Shown here: in pieces, positions 26,775-39,790 of the stretch
Layout: each line of letters opens with the position of its first letter
How positions within the stretch are numbered: the stretch's first letter is position 1
DNA from: Eledone cirrhosa
Lineage: Eukaryota
Direction: 5' to 3'
Assembly: GCA_964016885.1 (NCBI GenBank)
Contig: OZ024747.1
Span: forward strand, 84,258,001 to 84,322,000
DNA: 64,000 bases
Translations under genes and position numbers: made by a program
Notes under the pieces: generated by a model
Seen by the model: only the letters and a program-made list of their open reading frames with translations
The model's database searches: none
What the model was told of the DNA's origin: nothing

Positions 26775-27360
26775 GGGCGGTGGAGTGGCAGTATCGGTAG
26801 AGTGTCAGACACCATGCTTTGTGGCATATAGTTACAGCCCTTTACATTCTGAGTTCAAATCCCACCAAGGTTAGCTTTGCCTTTCATTCTTACGGGGTTG
26901 ATAAATAAAGCACCGGTAATGCACTGGGGTTGACTTAATCAATTTTCCCTACCCCCAAAATTGCTGGCCTTGTGCCTTAAGTAGAAACAATTATTATTAT
27001 TACCATTGCTTTGACGCATAGTTACGCGCCTTGCCATTCTGAGTTCAAATCACGCCAAGGTTAACTTTGCCTTTCATCCTTACGGGGTCGATAAAATAAA
27101 GTACCAGTAATGTACTGAGTAATTGCTGGCCTTGAGCCAAAAGTAGAAACAATTATTACCATTGCTATTGAGTGTGATAGATTGGCAAGGCATCAGAGCC
27201 TCAGAAGAAATGCCACATTCTAAGTTCAAATCCCACCAAGGTCAACTTTGCCTTTCATCCTTCTGGGGTTGATAAAATGAAGTACCAGTTATGCACTGGG
27301 GATAATATAATCGACTTTCTCCTCCCACCAAAGTTGTTGGCCTTGTGCCTCAGTTTCAAA
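26775..27360 (+). mobile_element. Three tandem family-1 SINE copies
   Basis: A box tggcagtatcgg, B box gagttcaaatc and the gcctttcatcc..ggggt.gataaaat core, repeated three times with variable 5' truncation. Confidence 0.85.
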
Positions 27361-29546
27361 TCATTAATACCATTACTATTATTGTGCTAGAAATCTTTAC
27401 TATAAAAAGATGTTAGAAATCCTTATTATTATTATTATAATTATTATCTCAGTAGTCATATAGTTTTTACATGCTTTCATTGCATAAATGAGTGCATCTC
27501 CATGTGGTTTGGGTACATGCAGTGTTTTTTATTGTATTAAGAATAACTTATCTCAGTAATTTGTGTGTGAAGCAGTGTTTGCTAGTTCTATTTTCTGTAT
27601 ATCTGTCTATCAGTCCTGGGGTTTTAGTTATTATTACAAGGCTGGTAAATTGGTAGAGAACTGAACAAAATGCACATGTCATGCACTTAGATAGATTCAG
27701 TCAACTATCTCCTCCCCTACAATTTGTGGCCATGTGCCAAGGTGAGATATCATTATTATTATTATTATTATTGTCGCTAATGCACAGACACGCAGGGATT
27801 GTCAGACAGTAAACAGGTGTGGTCGATGTTTGTGAAGCATTTTTGTTTCCGCAGCTCATGTCACTGAGAGAACTGCACATCTGGGTTAAGACATGATTGG
27901 AGCAACTGGCATCTAAAATCTAATTTCAGAAATGATGTCAAAAAAATGTCCACATGTTGAGTTCTACAGAGGGTTAGAGAAGGGAATGAGTGACAACAGA
28001 CTGAGGGAGATTCTGTGCATTAACAAACAACAGCTACTAAATAGTTTGTTCTGAAGGATTTTCAAACCAGGGCCTAAGGATAACCTATAGCAATTCCTGA
28101 TCTGGTAGTGATACTGAGGAACACAAAAGTGCTAACTGTTAATTCTACCTGAAATGAACAGAGAGCAACAAAACCATTTTTCATCAGACAGTTAATATCT
28201 AAAAATTGCTGACATGTAAAGCTTTGTTGAGCAACTGTTTAGCATGTGTAGGATTAATCCATCTATCAGCCAAGTCCCTTGCCAAGATAGCCCAACCACT
28301 TTCATATGACAAAAAGGAGCAGACATTTTCCCTTGGTTTTATGGTTATGGTGAGAGAGGTTGTATTGTGGACATTGTTGAGGGTAGATATCTATCTTGTC
28401 AATCAACCATTCTCCAACTTAAGTATCACTTAACTTTCATCACCATGTTTCTCATCAAACATATCCTATGATTTTCAAATCATTTTGAAAATAATCAAGA
28501 TTTGGGAGGGATTTAGTTATATAACTAACTTTTTCCTTATTAAGCTGGTGTTTGGAACATAACTTAACAAGAGTTCTTATAAAAAAAATTCTGATGGAAG
28601 GTTTTATATAATAAACACCTTAAAATAAACAATTTTGTATTAGAGAACTAGGGATGGTTTCAGGTGGTTTGGTATGAAAAAGATTAAATCAGGTGAGAGT
28701 GAAGAGAGAATTGCTGAAAGGTGGGTTAAGTTGCAAAATTAGTAGTGAAATTGGTGTGTGTATGTGAGAGAGGGCTAATTCTTGAATTTTACATTAAATG
28801 ATTTTCTTTTCAATTGTCATTATACTAAAAGCGATGTAGATGATGATGATAATAATTAGGAAGAGGAGGATAGTTATAATGATGATAATTATGATACTGA
28901 TTATGATGATGTTATGATAATAATTGTTTCTACTTTTGGCACAAGGCCAGCAATTACCCAGTGCATTACTGGTACTTTATTTTATCGACCCTGTAAGGAT
29001 GTTATGATAATAATGATAGGGATTAGGTTTTAAAATATATTCTGAAGAAATATTAAAACGTACCATTTTTATTGTTGTTTTTTTCTTCTTTGATAACAGT
29101 TTCTCTCATATCACCCCCTCTCTATCTCTCTCTCTCTTCACTCAGCCTCTTCCTACCCACAACCCTCACCATCAACCTTCTTCCAACTTCATCAACAGTA
29201 AAAGAAGACTTTATCTAATCAGTTGTTGAGGAAAACATGCCTTCAGACAAGATTATCCAGATAAATCTTTGCATGGGTTTCTCTTTATTCTAACCTGCTT
29301 TCATGCCACCTTCAAACTTATAGCAATTTATTGCTGGTTCGGCAGTTCTTGTTGTTGTTGCTACTGCTGATGTTGCTGTTGTTGTTGTTATTGTTACTGC
29401 AGTAGTTGTTGTTGCTGATGCTATAGTTAGTTGTTGTTATTATTGTCATTACTGTTGCTCTTGTTGTTGTTTTTATTGTTGTCCCCAACATTGCCTTCCT
29501 CCACTTCAACTAAAGTCAATTTCTGACTGAGTTGGAGTTATAAATG

Positions 29547-32466
29547 TATGGTACAGATGTAATATCTTGTGTATGGTACAGATGTAATATCTTGTCTATG
29601 GTACAGATGTAATATCTTGGGTATGATACAGATGTAATATCTTGTGTATGGTACAGATGTAATATCTTGGGTATGGTACAGATGTAATATCTTGGGTATG
29701 ATACAGATGTAATATCTTGGATATGATACAGATGTAATATTTTGTGTATGGTACAGATGTAATATCTTGTGTATGGTACAGATGTAATATCTTGTGTATG
29801 ATACAGATGTAATATCTTGGGTATGGTACAGATGTAATATCTTGGGTATGATACAGATGTAATATCTTGGGTATGGTACAGATGTAATATCTTGGGTATG
29901 GTACAGATGTAATATCTTGGGTATGGTACAGATGTAATATCTTGGGTATGATACAGATGTAATATCTTGGGTATGGTACAGATGTAATATCTTGTGTATG
30001 GTACAGATGTAATATCTTGGGTATGGTACAGATGTAATATCTTGGGTATGATACAGATGTAATATCTTGTGTATGGTACAGATGTAATATCGTGTGTATG
30101 GTACAGATGTAATATCGTGTGTATGGTACAGATGTAATATCTTGTGTATGGTACAGATGTAATATCTTGTCTATGGTACAGATGTAATATCTTGGGTATG
30201 ATACAGATGTAATATCTTGTGTATGGTACAGATGTAATATCGTGTGTATGGTACAGATGTAATATCTTGTGTATGGTACAGATGTAATATCTTGGGTATG
30301 GTACAGATGTAATATCTTGGGTATGATACAGATGTAATATCTTCTGTATGATACAGATGTAATATCTTCTGTATGATACAGATGTAATATCTTCTGTATG
30401 ATACAGATGTAATATCTTGGGTATGATACAGATGTAATATCTTGTGTATGGTACAGATGTAATATCTTGGGTATGATACAGATGTAATATCTTGTGTATG
30501 GTACAGATGTAATATCTTGGATATGATACAGATGTAATATTTTGTGTATGGTACAGATGTAATATCTTGTGTATGATACAGATGTAATATCTTGGGTATG
30601 ATACAGATGTAATATCTTGTATATGGTACAGATGTAATATCTTGGGTATGATACAGATGTAATATCTTGTGTATGGTACAGATGTAATATCTTGGATATG
30701 ATACAGATGTAATATCTTGTGTATGGTACAGATGTAATATCTTGGGTATGATACAGATGTAATATCTTGGGTATGGTACAGATGTAATATCTTGGGTATG
30801 ATACAGATGTAATATCTTGGGTATGATACAGATGTAATATCTTGGGTATGATACAGATGTAATATCTTGTGTATGGTACAGATGTAATATCTTGGGTATG
30901 ATACAGATGTAATATCTTGTGTATGGTACAGATGTAATATCTTGGGTATGATACAGATGTAATATCTTGTGTATGGTACAGATGTAATATCTTGTGTATG
31001 GTACAGATGTAATATCTTGGGTATGATACAGATGTAATATCTTGTGTATGGTACAGATGTAATATCTTGGGTATGATACAGATGTAATATCTTCTGTATG
31101 GTACAGATGTAATATCTTGGGTATGATACAGATGTAATATCGTGTGTAGGGTACAGATGTAATATCTTGGGTATGGTACAGATGTAATATCTTGGGTATG
31201 ATACAGATGTAATATCTTCTGTATGATACAGATGTAATATCTTCTGTATGATACAGATGTAATATCTTGGGTATGATACAGATGTAATATCTTGTGTATG
31301 ATACAGATGTAATATATTGGGTATGATACAGATCTAATATCTTGTGTATGGTACAGATGTAATATCTTGTGTATGATACAGATGTAATATCTTGGGTATG
31401 ATACAGATGTAATATCTTGGGTATGATACAGATGTAATATCTTGTGTATGGTACAGATGTAATATCTTGGGTACGATACAGATGTAATATCTTGTGTATG
31501 GTACAGATGTAATATCTTGTGTATGGTACAGATGTAATATCTTGTGTATGCTACAGATGTAATATCTTGTGTATGATACAGATGTAATATCTTCTGTTTG
31601 ATACAGATGTAATCTTCTGTATGATACAGATGTAATATCTTGTCTATGATACAGATGTAATATCTTCTGTTTGATACAGATGTAATCTTCTGTATGATAC
31701 AGATGTAATCTTCTGTATGATACAGATGTAATATCTTCTGTATGATAGAGATGTAATATCTTGTATATGATACAGATGTAATATCTTGTATATGATACAG
31801 ATGTAATATCTTGTATATGATACAGATGTAATATCTTCTGTATGATACAGATGTAATATCTTGTATATGGTACTGATGTAATATCGTCTGTATGATACAG
31901 ATGTAATATCTTGTGTATGATACAGATGTAATATCTTGTGTATGATACAGATGTAATATCTTGTGTATGATACAGATGTAATATCTTGTGTATGATACAG
32001 ATGTAATATCTTCTGTATGATACAGATGTAATATCTTGTGTATGGTACAGATGTAATATCTTGGGTATGGTACAGATGTAATATCTTGTGTATGATACTG
32101 ATGTAATATCTTGTGTATGATACTGATGTAATATCTTGTGTATGATACAGATGTAATATCTTGTGTATGATACAGATGTAATATCTTGTGTATGATACAG
32201 ATGTAATATCTTGTGTATGATACAGATGTAATATCTTGTGTTTGATACAGATGTAATATCTTGGGTATAATACAGATGTAATGTCTTCTGTATGATACAG
32301 ATGTAATGTCTTCTGTATGATACAGATGTAATATCTTGTGTATGGTACTGATGTAATATCATCTGTATGATACAGATGTAATCTTCTGTATGATACAGAT
32401 GTAATATCCTCTCTATTGTACAGAGGTAATCTTCTGTATGATACAAATGTAATATCTTCTGTATGA
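29547..32466. repeat. 25-bp satellite (gtatg[a/g]tacagatgtaatatctt[gg/gt/ct]), roughly 115 copies; resumes at about 33598-33665
   Basis: Direct tandem array without spacers. Confidence 0.97.
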
Positions 32467-33600
32467 AAACAGAACCCAGATCCCCTCAGGGAAATGGCCT
32501 TGCTCAGTATGTAGGAAAGGTGTAGGTAGGAACTCCATTCTCTGCCCCAAATGCAAACAATGGGTACACAAGAGATGTAGCGGGATCTCAGGAAGCTTAA
32601 TTAAGAATGTAGGATTCACATGCAGCAGCTGTGCTGAAACAGCAAGCAAACAGCCACAGGAAACAAGTACCACCAATCTCTGGGAGGGCCCTGTAGAAAC
32701 AGTAGGCAGCTTCTGCTACCTAGGTGACCGAATTAGCAACGGAGGTGGGTGCTCAGAAAGTACAATAACTAGGGTAAGAACGGGATGGAAGAAGTTTAGG
32801 GAACTACTACCACTGCTAGCTGCAAAAGGCTTCTCCCTCAGAATGAAAGGCAGACTGTATGATGCGTGTATCCGAACAGCGATGTTGCATGGTAGTGAGA
32901 CCTGGGCGCTGAAGGTGGAAGACTTACGTAGATTAGAGAGAAACGAAGCCTGCATGCTCCGATGGATGTGTAACAGTAATATACGTGAACGACAAAGCAT
33001 AAAGGAATTGAGAGAGAGACTGAGCATAAGAGGAATCAAATGTTGCGTGCAGGAGAGGCGGTTACGTTGTATGGACATGTGATGCGTATGAAGGATGACA
33101 GCTGCATAAAAAGGTGCAGAGCACTAGAAGTTGATGGAAGCCGCGGAGTGGGGAGACCCAAGATGACTTGGGATGAGGTGATAAAAGCCGACCTCACCCA
33201 ACTACACCTCTCAAAGTCAATGACACACGACCGTGACTTCTGGCGTCACACAGTAATACAGGGTACCCGACCTCCCATGGGTACATGCTGAAGCATATAA
33301 ACAATATGCCCCCACTCCCCCCACCGCAAGGTGGTCGTGGAGGTGCCACGGCAAAAAAGCACCCAGCCCACACTGTAAAGTGGACGTGTAGGTGCCACGA
33401 AAAAGCACCCAGCACTCACTGTAAATGAGGTTGGTGTTAGGAAGGGCATCCAGCTGTAGAAATCAAGCCAGATCAGTTCCTGTATGAGCAAGGCATGGTC
33501 AGCCGACCAGACACTGCCCACAACAGGACAACCCGTCTAACCCATGCTAGCGTGGAAGAACGGACGTAAAACGGTGATGATGATGATGATGATGATGATG
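32467..33600 (+). mobile_element. 5'-truncated RTE LINE (PHD-type finger, RT C-terminal part, 3' UTR, (TGA)n tail)
   Basis: Open frame from 32465: PSGKWPCSVC...FCYLGD...WKKFRELLPLL...MLHGSETW; GHVMRM..GRPKMTW after a frameshift; tail ggacgtaaaacgg(tga)n. Confidence 0.93.
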
Positions 33601-34094
33601 ATACAGATGTAATATCTTGTGTATGGTACAGATATAATCTTCTCTATGATACAGATGTAATATTCTTCCTTTGTCCATTTGACTCCCTGTGGGGCAAATT
33701 GGGTGATGAGAGATCTCCCTGTTGCTCAGTTACAAGCCCTGAATTGGGCTTCTTCTTTGGCCTGGCCCATATTTGCCAGGTCTTCCTCCACAGACCCCCA
33801 ACCAGGTGTTGACAGGTGTGCCTTACATGTCCCTTATGAATGTTTTGTTAGAGACCCTCACTGGTTTTATTACCACGAACATCATCATCATGACAATAAT
33901 CATCTCCATCACCACCACCAACAACAATAACAACATCATCTTCATCACTATCGCCACCACAACTGCAATCACTGCCACCACCACCATCACTGCCACCAAA
34001 ACTACAATAGTCACCACTATCAGCATCATCATCACTAGTATCCTCATCACCACCACTACCAGCATCAGTACCACAATTACAGTAAGCCACTCAC

Positions 34095-34126
34095 CTGTCG
34101 AGGATAGGGAATGCGATAGTGCATAG
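34095..34126 (-). CDS. LYRM1: LYRM1 coding exon 3 (32 nt, AMHYRIPYPRQ)
   Basis: Strong polypyrimidine acceptor ctcttctctttcaactttcag, GTGAGT donor, phase 1 in; encodes the conserved HY-x-IPYPR motif. Confidence 0.93.
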
Positions 34127-34897
34127 CTGAAAGTTGAAAGAGAAGAGGTTGTTACTAAAGTCAGGAGATAATGTACACACATATACAAACATACAAAGAC
34201 ATATACATTCACATATATATACATACACACACACACACATACATTCACACATACACACACGCAAACACAACATACATACGTTAGACCACTGTTGATTCCA
34301 CTGACAAGTCTTCCAGTTGTTTGATCAACAAGACAGTCTGTACCTTAAAGTTGTTCTCAGGGAGATTCAGCAATACAGTGTGAGACGAGGCTGGCCATTT
34401 GAATTACAGATATGATTCATTTTTCCAGCTAATTGAACTGGAATAAAGTGGAATGCTCAGCCACTTTCCCACTAACTTATGGACAAGTTGTTCCATTGAT
34501 CAAACAACTGGAACACTTGTAGCCATCAGCAGCAGTCCAACACACACACACGTTCATACACACTGTGCACACACATAGATTCACATATACATACATATAT
34601 ATTACACACATGTTCATACACACAGTGCACACACATAGATTCACATATACATACATATATATTACATATAGACGTTCATATACAGTGCACACACATAGAT
34701 TCACATACACATACAGATATATTACACACATATGTTCATACACAGGGCACACACAGTGCACACACATAGATTCACATATACATACATATATATTACATAT
34801 ATACGTTCATATACAGTGCACACACATAGATTCACATACACATACAGATATATTACACACATATGTTCATACACAGGGCACACACATAGATTCACAT

Positions 34898-35288
34898 CAT
34901 TTCATCATCATTTCATTTTACGTCCGCTTTTCCCTGCTTGCAAGGGTGGGACAGGAACTGATTCTGGCTTGATTTCTCCAGCTGGATGCCCTTCCTAACA
35001 CCAACCTCATTTACAGTGAGTGCTGGGTGCTTTTTTTCCGTGGCGCCTCCATGACCACTTTACAGTGTGGGCTGGGTGCTTTTTTTGCCATGGTACCTCC
35101 ACGACCACTTTGCAGTGGAATGATAGGGAGCCCAGTCCTATCATCTCATTTCTACAGCTGAGTAAACTGGAGCAATGTGAAATAAAGCATCTTGCTCAAG
35201 GAAACAACACATCACCCGGTCTGAGAATTGAACTCACAATCTTTCGATTGCAAGCCCAATGCTCTATCTAACCACTAAGCCATGTGTC
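34898..35288 (-). mobile_element. tRNA-headed CORE-type SINE (family 2) with RTE tail, inserted in a 66-bp minisatellite
   Basis: Head gacacatggcttagtggttag...gagttcaattc; CORE-like tccttgagcaagatgcttt; TSD ttcacat (34891-34897 / 35289-35295). Confidence 0.85.
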
Positions 35289-35471
35289 TTCACATATACA
35301 TAGATATATTACACATATACATTTATACACAGAGCACACACATAGATTCACATATACATAGATATATTACACACATACATTCATACACAGGGCTCAGACA
35401 TAGATTCACATATACATACAGATATATTACACACATACATTCATAGACAGTGCACACACATATACATGCAG

Positions 35472-35510
<39 letters not shown>

Positions 35511-35643
35511 CACATACATATTTCAATTGTGAAATTCAATAGACAATATACCAGAGTCAGTACTCCTTGTTTCACGTGGTACATATTTACAGGCACATAA
35601 ACTAAGCCATTGCAAGTTGATGATTTGAAAAGTTATAGCTTAC

Positions 35644-35704
35644 CTAATGCCATACGAGTCTCTGCTTCCCTGATATGTTCCACAATTTCATTGGAATTGG
35701 TCAC
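35644..35704 (-). CDS. LYRM1: LYRM1 coding exon 2 (61 nt, VTNSNEIVEHIREAETRMAL)
   Basis: ctatttaccag acceptor, GTAAGC donor, phase 0 in / phase 1 out; peptide corresponds to the LTDTDLIKQCIDECTARIEI segment of vertebrate LYRM1. Confidence 0.93.
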
Positions 35705-38149
35705 CTGGTAAATAGTAAAAGAATTCTCTTGAATTTGTTACATTAGTGAATACAGATTGTTAGTCAATCCTTTTAACTGTTTTGATACCAAACCACCTGA
35801 AACCACCACTGTTTCTACAATACATACACAACTGTTTAATTTAAAGTGTTTATATATATATATATGGCTGACTAAATACATGTTTTCCTTCTATGGAAAA
35901 GTGTTGTTCTTCCTTTTCTTACTCTCGTCTATACTATTTCTTCTTCTGAAATGTTAAACTCTTTTCCTACAATATCAAGCGTTAAATTAATATATATCAC
36001 GATTGTACTGTATTATTTTCCTGTGTTATTTTTCCATATATATATATATATATACACACAGGCTGTCCAAAAAAAATGTATGCACTATTCAACAGCATTC
36101 TAATAAATATTGTCTGTACAGGTAATGAAAGTGTGTAAACATTTTGGGGGAACACCCCATATATATCTACCATTCTTCTAATACATGTTTCTACAAAGAC
36201 AAGCCAAAAAACTATAAAAGAGAAATATTAATTTCCAACTGAGTTAACTGGAGCAATGTAAAGTGCTTTGTTCAAAAACACAATGTGCCACCTGGTCAAG
36301 GAATTGAACCCATGATTATATGATCATAAGGCCAATACACAAACCACTTGGACTTTGTAATAAATTGGCATCAGTAAACTGAATGATCAAGGTGCCACAT
36401 CAAATACCTAGTTTTATATCAACTGAATAGCTAGATGTAACAAAATAGGCTAAGAGAGAATAAATGAATAATTTTCATATGTAATGAATGAATTCAAGCA
36501 GTTTTAAAGCAAGGGCAGTAACTTTAAAAGAAATATATAAGTTATCCCCCCTTTACAAAACTATTTAATCATTATTGATAAACACTAAAACTAGTAAATA
36601 GTTATTAGTATTGACTAGTCTAACCATAATTACCATTTCTTATATTATTAAATAATTAAATAAAGTAATAAATAAAGATATATAAATAAAGAAATTAACC
36701 CATGCTAGCGTGGAAAATGGACGTTAACGAAGATAATTATGATAAATTATAAGTAATATTGAATATTGAGAACTCATTATAATAGAGAGAGGAAATAGAA
36801 TTGTTAAATAATCATACATTTCTTTAGGATTTAAGGTGCAGACATAACTGGATGGTTAATCTCTTCACAGCCACATAGTTTCGAGTTCACGTCTGTTATA
36901 TGCGCATGTGTGCTCAGCGTGTGCATGAGCATGCGCATGTGTGTGCGCGCGCACGTTTATATTTGTAACTTAGAAGTTCATCAAAAAGCAAGTGACAAAA
37001 TAAGAACCAGAGTTGAAAAATATAAGTAATGGGGTCAATATAATCGACAAAAACTTTTTATGGTGGTGTCCCAGCAGGGAAAAATAGCAGTTTAGGGGTT
37101 GAGGACACTAGAAGTCTCAACGGCAAGTAGCACAAAAAGGAAATAGTTGGTCAAGTCTCAGTGTTTGGATATCTTCCCCTCCTCATTGTTACAGCTATCT
37201 GTCCCTGGGTTAGTGGTCAAAGTAACAAGGTTGGAGGAGGAGAATGTGTCACAGCATGTAATGTCCCAGTTAAGAGATTTCTCCCTGTCTTGCGCATACA
37301 TTTCATTTTGAGATGGTTTCTACAGCCGGATGCCCTTCATAATACCAACTACTTCAAAGTGTGTACTGGAAGCATTTTATCATAACACCAGTTCTACCAC
37401 TTTACAGAATGTACTGAGTATATTTTATAGTGGACCAGCACAACAGTACTTAGGGCACTTTATCATGGCACCAATATTACCACTTTACAGAGTGAATAGG
37501 GTAAATTTTATTGTGGAACCAGCACTTCCACTTTACAGAATAGACAGGGTACAATGTATTGCAGCACCAGCACTCCCACTTTACAGAGTGTATTAAGTTC
37601 ATTTTATTGCAGCACCAGAGTAGGCTGGGTGCACTTTACTACAGCATATCAGCCCTTCAGCGTTGACAAAAAAAACACGGTACTTTTTTTTGCCATTAAC
37701 GAATTTATTTCCCTTTGCACAAGTTCCTATAACGTAGTTACTTCCCTTCACTAATGTAACACCCTATCTCCAATCTATATTTTCCTCTAAGCTGAGTATT
37801 TTTGCATACATCATTCAGTACCTCGCTCTTTAACTTGTCTTTTAGTATTTGGTTATGGCTCTTAACTTTCTAAGTTTAAATCCCACTGAGGTTAATTTTC
37901 CAACCTTCTTGGGTAGTAAAATAAAATACGAATCAAGTACTCTGGTTGATGTAATCGTGTTATTTTTCCCTTTCAAAATTGCTGGCCTTGTAACCATTAT
38001 TTTAAACTAGTGGTTTTCAACCTTTTATGGCTTAACGCTACCTTATGTGACTGCAGGAAGAAAATAGCAAATAATTTAACTCTTGATAGCAACTCGCCCA
38101 AAATTGACACTTTTTCTATGAAACAAAACCACACATTAAAGGGTTCCTA

Positions 38150-38480
38150 CTTCTTCTTCACCCACTTAATTCTGAGAGTGTCATGAGGACAAAGTACTCA
38201 AGTACAACTTCCAGTAAGTCCTGTCAAAAGCAACCATCTCCAGCTGATCCAGCTGGATCCCAAAGAAAGAGCAGTTGAGCTCGTGTATGTCATCCAACCA
38301 TCTTGTTCGGAGTCTACCCCTGGGTCTCCTGCCGGTTGGTTTTGCGTATAAAATCTGTCCAGTGATTCTTTCTTGAAACATTCTAACCACATCTCCGAAG
38401 AATAGGAGCTGTGATCTCTCAAGTCAGAGAAGTAGAGGCTCTACCTGGAGCAACTTTCTGATCTCCAAGTTATGCACTCT
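38150..38480 (-). mobile_element. RTE 3' end fragment
   Basis: VVRMFQERI...PTGRRPRGR.RTRWLD; related to the element at 62520-64000. Confidence 0.8.
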
Positions 38481-38600
38481 ATTTGTAATGGTAAATTCTT
38501 CTCAAATTGTTCACTAATTAATTAAAATACAATGTATTTCATTAGAAATACAGTAATGAAAGGGTTACTTTTAAATCTTAAGCAATCCTTTCATACTTAC

Positions 38601-38753
38601 ATTTTTGTTCTTTCGAAACAGACTATGTGCTTCATTTAGGATGTATTTGCATTCATCTTGTGTATCCTGGACATTTCCTGACATGGACTGCCATGTTCTG
38701 GTCATACGCAGAATTTGTCGATACAGTGATATCACTTTTCTTTGATGGCTCAT
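38601..38753 (-). CDS. LYRM1: LYR motif-containing protein 1, first coding exon (51 aa)
   Basis: MSHQRKVISLYRQILRMTRTWQSMSGNVQDTQDECKYILNEAHSLFRKNKN: LYR motif plus the W-x3-G...YILNEA-x-x-LFRKNKN pattern of LYRM1; ends at a phase-0 GTAAGT donor (38600-38595). Confidence 0.95.
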
Positions 38754-38889
38754 TCCCTTTTCTGGACCTAAACAGCCTGTTTTAGTACCAATTAAAGAGA
38801 AAATGCAAAATTCAAAAAAGATAGTACTAAAAGTATAATCAAAAACATTTGTCTATTATTCTTAATACTAGTGGACCAGTGCCATCAAT

Positions 38890-39098
38890 AATTGTTTTTA
38901 CTTTAGGCACAAGGCCAGCAATTTGAAGTGGAGGGGAAAGTCGATTAAATCGACCCCAGTCTTACTGGTGCTTTATTTTATCGACCCCGTAAGGATGAAA
39001 GGCAAAGCTAACCCCAGCAGGATTTGAACTCAGAACGTAAAAGGCCGTAACTCTATGTCTGGTATCTGATGCTCTACTGATACTGTCAATCCACCACC
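38890..39098 (-). mobile_element. Family-1 SINE
   Basis: Homologous to 59999-60183 with an internal addition like the copy at 26775. Confidence 0.85.
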
Positions 39099-39744
39099 CT
39101 TTAGTAATGATGACAATAGCATTAAACATAATTTTTTTAGATCAGGTTTGATGTGCCATATACACCAGGATTACCAGATGTATAAACAATCATACAAACT
39201 GGGAAATTTGTTTTGATAAATTAATGGTTTGCACAAGAGCAACTTTAATTTATATTGGTTACCGACATGTGGAAGTGATTAAAGATAAAGGTCATTCATC
39301 ACCTGAAATGTTCATAAACCGAAATTATTTTTCCCATATGAAATGTTGAAAGAGAAATACAGTGACAGAGAGACTGTGAGAAAGACAGATAGATATCACC
39401 ATAGTAACTAACTACACAAATGACACTTACCCACCAAGAGTCCAAGCTTGTTGCCAGCTTGTGTGTTTGTTACTCGAGACGTCGTTTGTGAACTGAGACA
39501 TTTCATGTCTAGAAAAATTGTTCATGAACCGAGGATCCAGTGCAAGAGATGTCAACATCAGTGGACCTGTTATTTTTATCTAGAGACATTTTTTCCAATT
39601 CCATCCCCTCAATCTACCTTATTTCTCATTCTTTCTTCTGATGAAGGACTAACGTTAAGACCCTCTTCCTGCTATATCAAGCGTTAACCTAATATATCCC
39701 TTGCATATACTGAACCGATTGTGTTGTTATTTCTGTTTACCTTT

Positions 39745-39790
<46 letters not shown>

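Noticed and set aside
28070-28175. Strong minus-strand acceptor as LYRM1 terminal exon
   Set aside because: Phase-0 peptide VELTVSTFVFLSITTRSGIAIGYP* has no resemblance to the LYRM1 C-terminus.
29547-32466. CRISPR-like array or 370-aa repeat protein (ORF 31334-32446)
   Set aside because: Units are contiguous with no unique spacers, there are no cas genes and the context is eukaryotic; the ORF is a by-product of a 25-nt period.
39630-39680. CTGATGA motif suggesting a hammerhead
   Set aside because: No GAAA partner or stems downstream.
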